Below are positions 27,341-40,100 of a stretch of DNA of 51,191 nt, in pieces. The notes below the pieces were generated by a model, which worked only from the letters and a program-made list of their open reading frames with translations, ran no database searches and was not told the DNA's origin. Each line of letters opens with the position of its first letter. Position 1 is the stretch's first letter. The position numbers and the translations under genes are program-made. The DNA is from an uncultured bacterium. Lineage in GTDB: Bacteria; B130-G9. The stretch covers positions 1 to 51,191 of the forward strand of contig CBDVDH010000022.1 of assembly GCA_965372715.1 (NCBI GenBank). Reading direction: 5' to 3'.

Positions 27341-30300
27341 CGAGTCTGGAGGCCGTCAAAGAATCTCGAGAGGGCTTTGATCTTGCTTTTGGCCCCTTGC
27401 TTCTCGAGAACGTCCACGGTGTGTCGCACAAACCAGGAGATGTCTAGGCCTAGCTGGACACCGCGCCTGATCTCTTCCGACTTTATTCGCCCAAAGATGC
27501 TTTCAAGGCCTTCTAGCACGCGGTCGAGATGTTCGTCAGTGCCCTCGAACATGCCCAGGAGGCACAGTGCCTTGACCAATCGCACAAGCGAGGTTGGCCG
27601 CTGCGCGATGTAGCTCAGCCCCTCCGCGACGTGAGGTGGCAGGGCTTTCTTATGGGCCTCATGGATGCACTGTCCCAGGACGATCAGCAGGTCTTCCTCG
27701 GGCCACGTTCTCCGCGACTTCAGCGACTCGTCGTCCGGCATCTCAAAGGCTCGGCAGACGTCGAGGCCGTCGTTGCAGGCAGCCTCACACAGTTCGTATT
27801 CGGCCCGGTCAAAATGGACTAGCGCCTTCTCCACGAGGGACCGCGCAAGGAGGACTTGCAGGCCCTTTTCTCGACAGAACCGAACCGACTTTTCGGCGGG
27901 GTTGAGGTCTTCCTCCCCCCTGCCTGACAGGCGAGCCGCCCGGGCCAGAAAAAGCAGGTACCGAGGCCTGTGGAGGAGCCAGCCGGACATCTCAATTAAC
28001 GGCTGAACCTTGGACAGCTGCTCGTCCGCGTCGAAGGTCCTGCCGACCGCGAGCGCCCACTCACAGCGGTCAAGAAGGCCGCTTATCTTGAGATGATTGG
28101 GCCCAAACCGCTCGGCCTGCTGGGTGAGTTGATCGGATATCTTGCCCGCCAGCTCGAATCTCCCGCAGTAGAGGAAGACCTTTAGCAGGCTCCCGAGCGC
28201 TTCCAGTTTCTGTTCCTTGTGCGAGGAGCTCGTTGCGCCGCTGAGCGCTGGCCTGAGCATCACCAAGACGTCCTCGGATGGCATGAAGAGGGTCTTTGTG
28301 TCGGCGAGGAACCTATGCGCCGCGCTCTGAAGCTCGGACGCCTCCATCTTCGTGGCCAACTCCAGATACCGCTCGAACATCTTGTGTGCTTCGCCCAGCC
28401 TGCCCTGATAGAAGCTCGTCTCGCCAAGAACACGTAGTGACCACGCTAGGTTGTAGTCATCTTGCTCCGAGACCGCCAGCTGCTGCGCTTTTTCCCCCAA
28501 TTCACGTGCCTGAGCGAGTTCGCATCGGAATAGACTCACAAGCGCGAGGTTGACAAGTGAATCGAACTCGAGGCGTTTCGACTCGGCCGATTCGGCTATC
28601 CGAAGGGCATCATCGAACGACTTCCGAGCGGCCTTCAACGAGCCTACGTGTACGTCCAACGTGCCCAGGTTTATCAGGCACTGGCCAGTTAAGGGCTTAT
28701 CACCGATTCTCCAGGCGATGTCAGCGGCGCGCCTGAAATGGCCCCTGGCTGTATCCCAGTTGCCCTCGTGCTCGTGAAGAAGGCCGATGTTGTTGTGCGT
28801 CCTTGCGACGAAAAGGTCATCCGAGGCGCGGCGCGCCAGCTCTATCTGTTCCTCCAACACATCGATCGAGCGCTTGAGATTACCCGTCAAGTAATGGACC
28901 TGAGCAAGGTTGTTCATCAGGCCCAGGAGCTCCTGAGCGTCGGGTTCGTCCTGCCATTTCTTCAACAGCTCAATACAGCGCTCGAAAAGGTCGATCGCGT
29001 CGCTATTGGCGTAGATCAGAGCTACCTGGCGAGCCGCCTCCCTCGTGTGATAATATGCCTTCTCGAAATGGCCCGCTCGTTCGTGGTGGTACGCAAGGAG
29101 CGCCGAGCGACTCCTGTCTTTGTCACCCAGGAAGCTCTCAAGAAACGCCGCCGCTCTAGAGTGCAGCGCCCGGCGCCTGCTTTTCAGGAGACTGTCGTAG
29201 ATCGCGTCCCTAAAGAACGCCCGACTGAACGAATACGATGCTCGCCCGTTCGAGGATTCCTCCGTCAGGATCTGAAGACCGACCAACTGTGAAGCACACT
29301 TACGGGCGGTATCGCGGTCGAGGCCAGAGGTAAGCTCCGACAAGACCTCGAACGGCGTGTCGGACCCAAGAACGGAGAGCGTCTGCAGGAGCTTTTTTTG
29401 GGCGCCCTGAAGCCGGTCAATTCTCGCCATGACCATCCCCCGAAGGCTATCGGGAAGCTGCGCCTCGTCGGGGTGGCCGGTTATCTTCCAGCGCCACTCC
29501 TCCCGTGCGAGGATTCCTTTATCCATCAAGAGCTTGACCATCTCCTCGACGAACAGCGCGTTGCCTTCACACTTGCCGAGGATTAGTTCCCTGACCTTGG
29601 TGAGCGCCTCGTAGTCATCTGTCTTGTCGAGGATTGAATACACCAATCTCTGCGTATCCCTTTCCGAGAGTCTGCCCAGTTTGATCTTTTGTGCATGGTC
29701 CAGGTCGTCCCATACCGGCGGGGAATATGGGCGATACGACGTGCAGAGAATCAGTCTGGACGAGGAGAAGCGCTTTAGGATATGAGAGAACAGGTCCAGC
29801 GACGCCCGGTCGCACCACTGAAGGTCATCTACTACGATCGCAACCGCGGCCTGCGAAAGCAATCCCCCTACCAGGCTTTCCGCTGCATGGTAGATGCACT
29901 TCTGGATTTCCTCGCCTTGCAGACCTTGAAACTCCGCCTCCTGGGTGCCGCCTCTGACGACAAAAGAGAGCCCCGTCGCGATTGGGCACTGCCCGTGCGA
30001 TGGAGGAACAGCTCCCAAAGCGCCCTCAACGTGCGCCGCAGTGACCATCTTGGCCTCCGGCTCAAGACCCAGTATCTGCCCGAACAATTCCGCGACCGGG
30101 GCGTATGGCACATTGCGTTGATACTCAAGCGATCTTGCCCAGAACCACCTTATGCCGGCAGGCTCCATCTCACGCTGGCACTCCGATAGGAGTCGCGTCT
30201 TGCCAATGCCAGCTGGCCCCTCGATGGCAACCATCGTCGCCCTTCCCTTAAGCGCCTGCTCGACCGTGCGCTTAAGACTCTCAAGCTCCTCCCGCCTGTT

Positions 30301-31134
30301 GACGTAAGTCGTGAAACCGATTTCCTGAAGACCTCTCGTCGTCGCGGCCCTCGGCCTCGCCGAAAGAACCCGATATACGCCGATCTCACGCGCCAAGCCC
30401 TTCACCGAATGTTTCCCCGCGTCCTCAAACTCGAATAGCTGCCGTGTGGCGCTGTAAACTGACTCGGAAACCATCACCGACCCGGGCTCGCAGAGCTTCT
30501 GCATTCGCTCAGCAACGTTCACGACCCTCCCCATCGCCGTGTAATCACGTTTCGCTTGGGACCCCACCTCACCAGTGATGACTAGACCGCAGTTTATTCC
30601 TACCCTCAGGCGGACGGGCTCCGAAATGGGGAGCTCCATCGTCTCAGCAAGCCGATGTGCTGCCTGCTGCATCTCGAGGGCGGCTCGAACCGCTCGCTCA
30701 GCGTCGTTTTCGTGTGCGTGAGGGGCGCCGAAAAGCGCCATTATGCAGTCGCCAATGAACTTATCCACCGTGCCATCATACCTAACGATCGGCTCTGTCA
30801 GGACGTGGAAGCACTGATTCATAACATCTCTGAACTCCTCCGGGTCCAGCGCCTCCGACATCGGGGTCGAACCCACGATGTCGGCAAATATGACCGCGGT
30901 GATTCTCCGCTCGCCCGCGAGTTCAGGGGCCGACGGTGGGGCTGGCGCGGGTTTGGGCGAAGCCTTCGGCGGCGCGACCGCTCCCGTCAGAGATGCCCCA
31001 CAGTGGCGACAAAAGCGGCTGTCGGGAGGGTTTTGCCCTTGACAGGACGGACAGACCGCGATGAGCTTCGCCCCGCATTTGGCGCAGAACTTGCCACCCT
31101 CCTGGACGGCCGCGCCGCATTGGTTGCAGTGCAC
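27325..31134 (-). CDS. Double Zn-ribbon / class III adenylate-guanylate cyclase / AAA_16 (STAND-like) NTPase / TPR protein
   Basis: Four CxxC; FADIVGST, DKFIGD, DYTAMG, VNVAER; Walker A GPAGIGKT; Walker B IVVDDLQW; EGNALF; TPR motifs (HNNIG, LINLG). Confidence 0.92.
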   Translation of the reverse strand: MHCNQCGAAVQEGGKFCAKCGAKLIAVCPSCQGQNPPDSRFCRHCGASLTGAVAPPKASPKPAPAPPSAPELAGERRITAVIFADIVGSTPMSEALDPEEFRDVMNQCFHVLTEPIVRYDGTVDKFIGDCIMALFGAPHAHENDAERAVRAALEMQQAAHRLAETMELPISEPVRLRVGINCGLVITGEVGSQAKRDYTAMGRVVNVAERMQKLCEPGSVMVSESVYSATRQLFEFEDAGKHSVKGLAREIGVYRVLSARPRAATTRGLQEIGFTTYVNRREELESLKRTVEQALKGRATMVAIEGPAGIGKTRLLSECQREMEPAGIRWFWARSLEYQRNVPYAPVAELFGQILGLEPEAKMVTAAHVEGALGAVPPSHGQCPIATGLSFVVRGGTQEAEFQGLQGEEIQKCIYHAAESLVGGLLSQAAVAIVVDDLQWCDRASLDLFSHILKRFSSSRLILCTSYRPYSPPVWDDLDHAQKIKLGRLSERDTQRLVYSILDKTDDYEALTKVRELILGKCEGNALFVEEMVKLLMDKGILAREEWRWKITGHPDEAQLPDSLRGMVMARIDRLQGAQKKLLQTLSVLGSDTPFEVLSELTSGLDRDTARKCASQLVGLQILTEESSNGRASYSFSRAFFRDAIYDSLLKSRRRALHSRAAAFLESFLGDKDRSRSALLAYHHERAGHFEKAYYHTREAARQVALIYANSDAIDLFERCIELLKKWQDEPDAQELLGLMNNLAQVHYLTGNLKRSIDVLEEQIELARRASDDLFVARTHNNIGLLHEHEGNWDTARGHFRRAADIAWRIGDKPLTGQCLINLGTLDVHVGSLKAARKSFDDALRIAESAESKRLEFDSLVNLALVSLFRCELAQARELGEKAQQLAVSEQDDYNLAWSLRVLGETSFYQGRLGEAHKMFERYLELATKMEASELQSAAHRFLADTKTLFMPSEDVLVMLRPALSGATSSSHKEQKLEALGSLLKVFLYCGRFELAGKISDQLTQQAERFGPNHLKISGLLDRCEWALAVGRTFDADEQLSKVQPLIEMSGWLLHRPRYLLFLARAARLSGRGEEDLNPAEKSVRFCREKGLQVLLARSLVEKALVHFDRAEYELCEAACNDGLDVCRAFEMPDDESLKSRRTWPEEDLLIVLGQCIHEAHKKALPPHVAEGLSYIAQRPTSLVRLVKALCLLGMFEGTDEHLDRVLEGLESIFGRIKSEEIRRGVQLGLDISWFVRHTVDVLEKQGAKSKIKALSRFFDGLQTRKDEL

Positions 31135-31156
31135 CTAAACGCCACCTCGAATAAGA

Positions 31157-34100
31157 CTACTCATCTGAAAGCGTGAACCACGCTTCGGCGATTCTGCCCG
31201 AAGGTGATTCGGCGCCCGGCACAAGAAGCGCCGCCTGAATGCAATAGACGCCGCTCGCAAGCCCGGCGGGAAGCGTAGTCTCAAGAATGGGTATCGCGCC
31301 ATACTTGGCTCCCTCAGGCAACGGGCTGAAGCTGTACGCGGGGTTCACGATCATGTCGAGGCCCGGAAGGTAAAAGAACATCCCGTCGGGCGTCACAACC
31401 CAGCTATAAAGCTCCAGGTAGATGTCGGGGCCGAAATTCTCCACGCCCACCGCGGCGATGAATTCGTCGCCCGGCCTGAAATCGGTCTTGTTCACCGACA
31501 TTGTCAACTTGACGTTGAATATCTCGAAATCGGCGGATGTTGTGTTGCTAATTCTCTCCGACAGACCGTGCTCGTTAAGGAACGCCGACCATGTGTAGCG
31601 CCCATCAGGGAGCCCCTCTATCATCGTGATCCTGAACATCTCGTAGTCGGTATATGAGAAGCCTGCTGGGACGCTCAGGGCATAAGGAGTCGGCGCCGTC
31701 GTGAGGCCCGGGAGGTAGAGCGACGCCGCATCCGGCAGAGTCACATACACGTAAAGGTCCGCGTCGATATCATCTCCCGGATTTGACAGAGAAAGGTTGA
31801 CGATCATCTCGTCTCCCGGAATAAACACGGTGTCGTTGAGGGTCAGGTCCAGGTCGAGATCGGGACGTCTTACCGTGAAACTGCTGGTCGCTATCTTGCA
31901 GACCGTGTCCCACGTGCCGGGCTCGGTCAAACCCGCGAACCACACGTAGTCCCCGAGCGCCCAGCCGGCTGGTATCGTGAAGGAGTGAAGCTCGAAGTCC
32001 AAGAACGAGCTGTGGCCCGGAAACGGCGTCAGTGAAAACGGCGCCGCATCCGTACTCATGTCTGGCCAAAAGAGTAGATCGCCTCCGGAGGTCAGGACGC
32101 AAGCATAGAAGTCGACGTCAGCGGACTCTCCTCTGTTCGTCGCATCGACCACTACGGTCTGTACATCCCCCACCTGGTAACTGTCTCTGTCGGTTCTCAC
32201 CTTGATCGAGAAATCTGGAATCGTAGTTACCACAGGCCCTTCGTAGGCGCCGCTTTCAGGACTCATAACCCACTCGGCCGACGAGCTCTGGAACTTGAAA
32301 GCGAAGGTGTGATATCCGGCTGAAAGCCTCGTTGAAAACTCGTACACGCCGTCGTTCGGAGCGCCCTGAATAAGCGACATAACGCGCGCCTGATTTCCGT
32401 CGATCACGACGTTCATTTGCCGAGGCGCAGCGCCCCCTGAGTGGATATAGTTGACACAATAGGTGAAGTCGGTCGCGGGCGAGCCAAACCCGGGCTCGAC
32501 ATACGGATTGGAAAGCCTCGGGGCGTCCGCTGAACCGGAAATCGTGAAAGCGCCGTCGTGCGGCTCGGTCGAATTGCCGGCCGGGTCCCTCGAGGACGCC
32601 TCGAACTCATAGGCGCCCGGCTCGAGGCCGCTGAGTTCGACCCTGTGATCGGTCGAGTGCTCATAGCTCGCCCATGTGAACTTCTCGGTGTCCTCTTCGG
32701 CCCGCCTCCAATAGACCAGATGGGTATCAGCAATCTCGCCGGTTGTCCAGACGATTGCGAGCAGCGCGGGACCCCGCCGCGTCTCCACGTCAGGCCCGGA
32801 CGTGAACGACGGTGAAAGCACGTCGTCTTCCCAACTAGAACTGAACGTAGTTGACGCGGACCACGAGGTATTCCCGCTCGAGTCAGCGGAGCCAACCTTG
32901 CATTCGTATTCAAGACCCGCGTCGAGGTCGCCCAGCCAACCCGAGTGCTCCTGCTTGTTCTCAGACCCGGCCCAGCTGCCCTTGCTCCTTTGCCGAGAGC
33001 CCTTCTTCCAGAACTCGATCCTGCTGTCGCCTGGCTCCGACGTCCGCCAGTCGATGCGTACCTTACCCTCCGCATTATACGAAAGTCCTACGCCGGATAT
33101 CGTGGGCGGCTGGGTGTCCGGGTCCGCAAGCGTCGTGAATGCGCCACTCTCGGGTGAGGCCAGGGAATTGCCCGATGGATCCGTTGACGAGATGATGTAT
33201 CTATACGTTGTGTTCGGCCTGAGATTGCCTAAGAACGCCTCGTGCAGGCGCCTAAATCGACCGTCCCGCCACGCCTGCCCCTCCTCGGGTCCCGACATAG
33301 CCTCCCAAAACACAACCCTCGTGTCGCTCACTCGGTTGGTTACCCACTCGATCTTCGCGAGCTTGTCGGTCAAGTAGGCCACTTCCGGACCCGAAACGCA
33401 GAACAAGCCGGCCCTGTCGGACGTCGCCAACGTCGTGAACGTCAGGTCTGCCGACGAGCTCGGGCCGTTATCCATGAGGTCCATGCAGAACACCTTGTAG
33501 TGATACTCCGTGGCGGGTAGGAGGCCCGCCAAGAAGACGCCGTGAACCAGCGAGGTGCGGCGGTCGCTCGCTGTTTGCCCGTAACTGTCACTCGTCCCGA
33601 ACTGTACCCAAGACAGGGCAAGTTCATCGACTGTCCAGCCGATGACAGCTATCGAATCGCTAACATAGATGGCGCGTGGTCCCTCGAGAATTTCCGGAGG
33701 TAGCGTGTCGGGCATCTCCAGAGTGGCGAATTCAAAGGTGCTCGATCGGACAGTATTGCCGGACATATCGGAGCTGATGACCCGCGCGTGATACGTCATG
33801 TTCGGCGCCAGGCCGCTCATGAACATCGCGTGTCTGCGACGATACTCATCGTCGGTCTGGACGACCCTCGTCGTTCGACCCCGGGCGCCATCTCCTGGAG
33901 AAGCCGAGAGCTCTGCCGAACTCGTCGCGGGTTCATCCGTGGCCCATACGATCGTTATGCTTGTCTCAAACACCGTAACCGCCGGCCCCGCGACGATTAT
34001 CGGCGGCGAGCTGTCAGGCTCTAGCAACGTAACAAAGACCCGCCAGCTGCTATATGTTGGACCGTTGCCGGCCTCGTCCTTTGACCCGACGCGGTAGTGA

Positions 34101-37100
34101 TAAGTGGTGGCCGGGGCAAGACCCCGCACGCAGACCGTGTGGAAGCACCGCATGACAGTGGACTCCGTTGCCGACGGAAGGCCGCCCTCAGGGGAATACT
34201 CGACCAAGCTATCTGAGGGCTCGTTCGTCAACCACTCGACGACAGCCACGTTGTCGCCAGCGGCACATGAAATCGAGCCAGGGATTATCATAGGGGCCGT
34301 CGTATCCTCAACCGTGAAACTGTATTCAAATCGGTCCAGGCAGTTGCGCCGGACGGACGTGTCGCACACTGAGACCGTGACCTGCACGACCATTCTCTCG
34401 GGAAATGGCCGCATCGGGGTGACGCTAACGTGATACCCACCCGGGGTCGCCATCACCGACGGAGTTGCCACAACGCCACCAACCGTCATCTCAATTGACG
34501 ATGGGTCAACGCCAGACATGTCGTCAACGATTCTCAGCGAGATCGTCGTATCAGACGGCACGTCCGTCTCGCCCGGCGCTGGTGCCATATCCCTACAATA
34601 TGGCGGGGCGCCATCGAACGAGCTAACATTTGGCCCGGCATACTGACCTGCATCTGGCAGCCTATCGGAGGCGCCATTCAAGTCCTGACACCTGAAGAAG
34701 AAATCGTGGGCGCCTTCAGCGAGTTTCCTGGTATAGAGATATCGCATATCATAGGGGTCGCACGTCGCCGGCGTTGCGGGGACCATATCGAGCGCCGCGC
34801 CGTCGATAACCACTTGAACACCGAGCGGCTCGTCGCCGTCGTCATCATGATAATCGACCGAGAACTCGAACACCGTCTCAGTGTCGCCAACGGTCGGCGC
34901 CACTTTGCCGTCATCGAGCGCCGGGACCGAGTTGACAGCCGGCCCCGAAAACGCGCCGGCCGTCGGCAGCCTGACATCAAGCCCGTAGGCGTCAACGAAG
35001 TAGAAGAAGAACGTATGGATTCCCCCCGCGAGGCGGGTCGTATGGCTGTATGTTCCATCGGCAGGGTCCCCACTCGCTAGCGTCATCGGCCAGGCGACCC
35101 CATCCAAGACCACTGTACTCTCGGAAGGCGGCGCGCCGTCAGCATCCCTGTAAACAACCGAAAACGTATAGTCCAAATCGGGTGTCCCGGTTTGCGGGTT
35201 CACTCGCCCGATCGACAGCACCGGCTGGCTTCTATCAACCGCCACAACGCAGTCGGCATCCCCCGGCGCATCCTCTTCGTTGCCCGCGTTGTCAGTGGCC
35301 CTTGAGTAAAAGCTATAGATGCCGTCGCCGTCGGCCGGTATGAAAGACACTACCCCTGATGGGTCACGAGACCCCAGCCCAGTCTCGCGCCACGCCCCGT
35401 CGGCATACTTACACCAGAATCTAACCGAGTCGAGCCCCGATAGCTCATCGGACGCCGTGAAACTCAAATCAATCGATGACCCGGTCACAAAACTACGAGA
35501 CGAGCAGCTCGAGACAGGCTTGACCGTATCATACGTTGCCCAACAGCAGGGGTCGGGAGGGACGGTCACGTTGCCGCATCTGTCCCCAGCCCCCACGCAG
35601 AACTCATACCGACCATCCCCGTCCGGGGGCACAAAGGCGAACACGCCGATCGTTGCAGTTGTCGCCTGCGAGCCATCCCTCCAGCCGTCAGAGGCGTATC
35701 GGTAGTAGAGCTTCGCCCAATCTAGCCCGGCGAGGCGCTCGTCAACTGCGAAATCGACCTCAATCGTGCTCAAGCTCGCATAGGCCGGAACCGTGCAGGA
35801 GGTCGTTGGCGCTGCCGCATCGTAGATGGTTTCCGCGTCCGGAGTCGCTGGCGGCAGCTCGTTGTTGCCCGCGTTGTCTGTCGCACGCGCGAAAAAGGAG
35901 TATCTGACGTGCCTCTCGGCTGGGAATGGCACATTATAGGCGAATGAGGCAACCGTTCCCGCTGTGCTCTCGCCGTAGGGACGCCAGGCCCCGTCGAGGT
36001 CCGAACTGTGAAACAGGCCTACGGCTGCTACGCCTGATCCACCGTCGCTGGCCTCGAAACGAACCTCAAACGTGGCCGTGCTGGCGAACTCCGGGGCGTA
36101 GCAAATTGAGGAGGGGCTGCTCATGTCCAGAAGACATGAACAATCCGCGTCCGCGGGGAAATCCTCGATATTGCCTGCGAAATCGTGGGCTATCGTCGCG
36201 AACCCATACACCCCCTCGGTGGCAAACGTTACGCCAAAAGTCCCGACTGACACATCAGGCTTCGAGTCCGAGAACACCCACCCGTCGCCATCCTTGAGAT
36301 AGAGCTCAACCTTGTCTATCCCGGACAATGCGTCTTGCGCCTCATAATCAACGTCGAATGCAGAGGACTTTGAGTATTGCGGGGCGTAGCAGACGGATGC
36401 CGGCTCAGTGGCGTCGAGAAGACAAGAGCAGTCGGGCTGACCAGGGAGGCTCTCATCGTTCCCCGCTAGGTCATAGGCCATCGTTGCGAACTCATAGACC
36501 CCCTCGCCAGCAACCGCCACCTCAAATGTGCCCGAGGCAGCGCCCTGCGCCTCGTCCGAGAGCACCCACCCGGAGCCATCCCTGAGGTAGAGCTCAACTC
36601 GATCGATACCGGACGAATCGTCTTGCGCCTCGAACGAAACGGATATCGGCGAGGTGGATGCGAAGGCATCGCAGCTCGCCTCCGACGTGGGACCGGAATC
36701 ATCGTAAAGCGTCTGGGAGTCGGGAGCGCCAGGCGCCCCCTCAACGTTGCCGGCGTGATCGTGGCCGATCGTGAAGAGCTCGTAGTACCCAGCATCCGTG
36801 GCAACGAAGTCGAATACCCCCACTGTGCCAGCAGTGCTTGTCCCCCATAGAATAGGTCCTGAGTCTGCGCCGCTATGAGTGTAATAGAGCTCAACTGACG
36901 CGATGCCGGCAGTTGTGTCGGTTGCCACGAACCTCACGATGATCGATGCGGACGTTGAAAAGCCTGGCGAGGAACATGTCGATTCCGGCTCCATAGTGTC
37001 GTACATCGTGCTAGCGTCGGGGGTGGCAGGCGGCTCCTCCTCCCAACCCGCCCGGTCGAACGCGAGCGTGTAGAAGTCATATTGACCGTCCGCGTCTGCG

Positions 37101-40100
37101 TCCAGAAACCCGGATGTTCCGTGATCCTCAGGGATGAAGTCGAATGTGCCGACGGTGCACTCGGTCGAGACGTGGCCGCTAAAGGTCCACGTGCCATCGT
37201 TGAGGCGGTACCACAGCTCGACGTTCTTGACGCCGCACTCCGCGTCCTCTGCGGAATAGGAGATGGCTATCGTAGCGCCAGACACGTATTGGGGGGAATC
37301 GCAGTCGGACGCTGGGCGCTGCGTGTCATAGACCGTCTGGCTGTCGGGCGTTCCATCGAAATCCTCGTCATTCCCCGCGCGGTCCCTCGCCTTTGTTGCG
37401 AAGGAATACTTGTCGTCCCCGGGTGGGTTGAAGCCGACGGTTCCGCTTTCCTGATCGTTCACGCTGTCGAACACAGCCCACGCCGTGCCCTCTGTCTTCC
37501 ACAGAAGATCGAGCTGAGCGATGCCTGAATGGGCATCTGCGGCAACAAACGTAACCGCAATCGTCCCACCAGTTACAAACTCAGGCGAAGTGCAGGCCGA
37601 CGTGGGGGCCACGTTGTCGAACAACGTCTCCGAGTCGGGTTCGCCGGGCGGGTCCTCCACATTCCCGGCATCGTCATAAGCGATGGTGTAGAAGCCATAA
37701 GTGCCAGGCGCTGCGATTGCGTCGAAATCGAAGCAGCCCGTCTCGTCAGGCACGTCTCCGAATAGATGATACTCGTCTCCCTCAAACCGGTAGTAAAGCT
37801 CAACCTTTTGAATACCCGCGCCCCCATCACCATCAGCCTGATAGTTAACCTGGATGGGCACATCCTTATCGTACTGAGGCGAGTCGCAGGATGATGTTGG
37901 CTTTGTGCTGTCGTAAACCGTCGTGCTGTCCGGCGCCCCCGGTGGGTCCTCCACGTTACCCGCTCGGTCCGTGGCGCGGGTGTAGAACTCATATTCGCTC
38001 TCGCCGGGCGGCGTGAAAGCAAAGGTTCCTTCAGTCTCATTCGATATCGAGTCGTAGTAGGTCCAGCCGCCGCCATCCTTGTTGAACCAAAGTGCAACCT
38101 CAGCCACGCCGCTGCCGCCGCCATCGGCCACAAAATCCACGTCAAACGGGGAAGTCGACACGAAGGGGGCAGATGAGCACTCGGAAGTAGGCTTCGTCGT
38201 ATCGTAAATCGTGTTGCTGTCCGGGGATGCCGGTGGGTCCTCTACGTTGGCGGCTCGGTCCTCAGCACGGGTATAGAACTCGTATTCACCTTCGCCTGAA
38301 GGCGTGAAAGCAAAGGTTCCTTCAGTCTCATTCGGTGTCGAGTCGTAGTAGGTCCAGCCGCCGCCATCCTTGTTGAACCAAAGTGCAACCTCAGCCACGC
38401 CGCTGCCGCCGCCATCGGCCACAAAATCCACGTCAAACGGGGAAGTCGACACGAAGGGGGCAGATGAGCACTCGGAAGTAGGCTTCGTCGTATCGTAAAT
38501 CGTGTTGCTGTCCGGGGATGCCGGTGGGTCCTCTACGTTGGCGGCTCGGTCCTCAGCATGGGTGTAGAACTCGTATTCACCTTCGCCTGAAGGCGTGAAA
38601 TCGAACGTGCCCTGGGTTGCGTCCGATATCGTTTCGTAGTAGGTCCAGCCGCCCCCGTCCTTGTTGAACCAGAGCACGACCTCGGCCACGCCGCTGCCGC
38701 CGTCATCGGCGTCAAAATCAACACCGAAGGGCGAGGCGTTTGTGAACTGGGGCGATGTGCAGCTCGAGGTCGGCTTCGTGGAGTCGTAGATCGTCGTGCT
38801 ATCCGGGTCGGGCGGGTAGTTCTCCTGGTTGCCCACGCCGTCAGTCGCACGTGAGCAGAAGTGATACTCGCCGTCCCCGTGAATCGGATCGCACCGGGCA
38901 GCGCCGGTCGTGGCCGTTGTGGAGTAGAACTCCGTCCACCCGCCGTCCTGGAACGCGTAATAGAGAAACACAGTATCTATTCCCGCCCCGTGGTCCGAGG
39001 CCTCGAAGTCTACCGGAATATCTCCAGATGAGAAGTACGCCGGCGAGTCTGTTTCTGATTCGGGAGCTGTATCGTCAACGACTGGCCCGTCATAGACGCC
39101 GCTGTCTGGGTCGCGGTCCCATCTGCCCGTCGGGCTTTCCGCATAGAAATAGAACTCGTGGGCGCCTTCATCGAGGCCGCTGGCCTGATATCGATAGAGT
39201 CCGTCGTTCGCATCGCCATCCTTGAGCGACATGCGGAACGGGGAGCCGTCGATGTACACCTGTATCACGTCCGGAGCGACGGTTGACTGGTAGTTCACGT
39301 CAAAAAGGTAGTTGGAGTAGCCACGTCCCTGGTCAGGATCAACGTTGCCGCCACTGAGCTCCAAGTCCGCCTCGCTGAACTTGTAGAGCCTCGTGCCCAC
39401 TTCGAGATAGACCGAGCCATCAGGGCCGATTGCCGGGGATGAATCGGCATTCAGGCTGGCTACATTGTGCGTCCACCGGAGCGTCCCGTCCGGGTTCAGG
39501 GATTTCATACCGTCATAACCGATGTAGATATAGCCGTCTCGGTCAACCGCCGGGGTGCTGTGCAAGTCCATCCCGCCGGTGTAGGACCAGAGGAAGGAAC
39601 CGTTCGAAGCGAGACAGAACAGCTTGTCAGTCCCCTTAGGTATGAGGATTCTGTCGCTGAGGCCGAGGGCTGGGGACGCTGTAACGTCGCCGCCATCGCA
39701 CTCGTAGGTCCAGTTCAGCGTTCCGTCAGGCTCAAAGCAGAACACGACGCCGTCGTCGGTCAAGGTTAGGATGTCACCTGTCGAGTTCACGAGAGGCGTA
39801 GTTGAAATGCCCTGCTCAAGGTCCTTATACCACACGAATGAACCATCGCTTTGGAGGCTGAAGAGGAAGCCGAACGTGTTGCCGAAATAGAGCCGTCCTC
39901 CAATGCCAATGGCCGGCGGCGCGACTATCTCGTGCCTGGAATTGAAGGTCCAGTCGAGGGAGCCATCGCTCTCAAGCGCAATGAGCCAGTCACCTCTCCC
40001 GAAGTAGACTTGCTCATCGGCACTGAGCGCAACCAGCCCCCCGGAATCGTCATCCACGCCGTAGGACCAGCGGAAGCCGCCGTCCGACGCAAGCGCGTAA

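Noticed and set aside
37900-38790. Long repeats as CRISPR or IS ends
   Set aside because: In-frame coding tandem repeats of 97 codons
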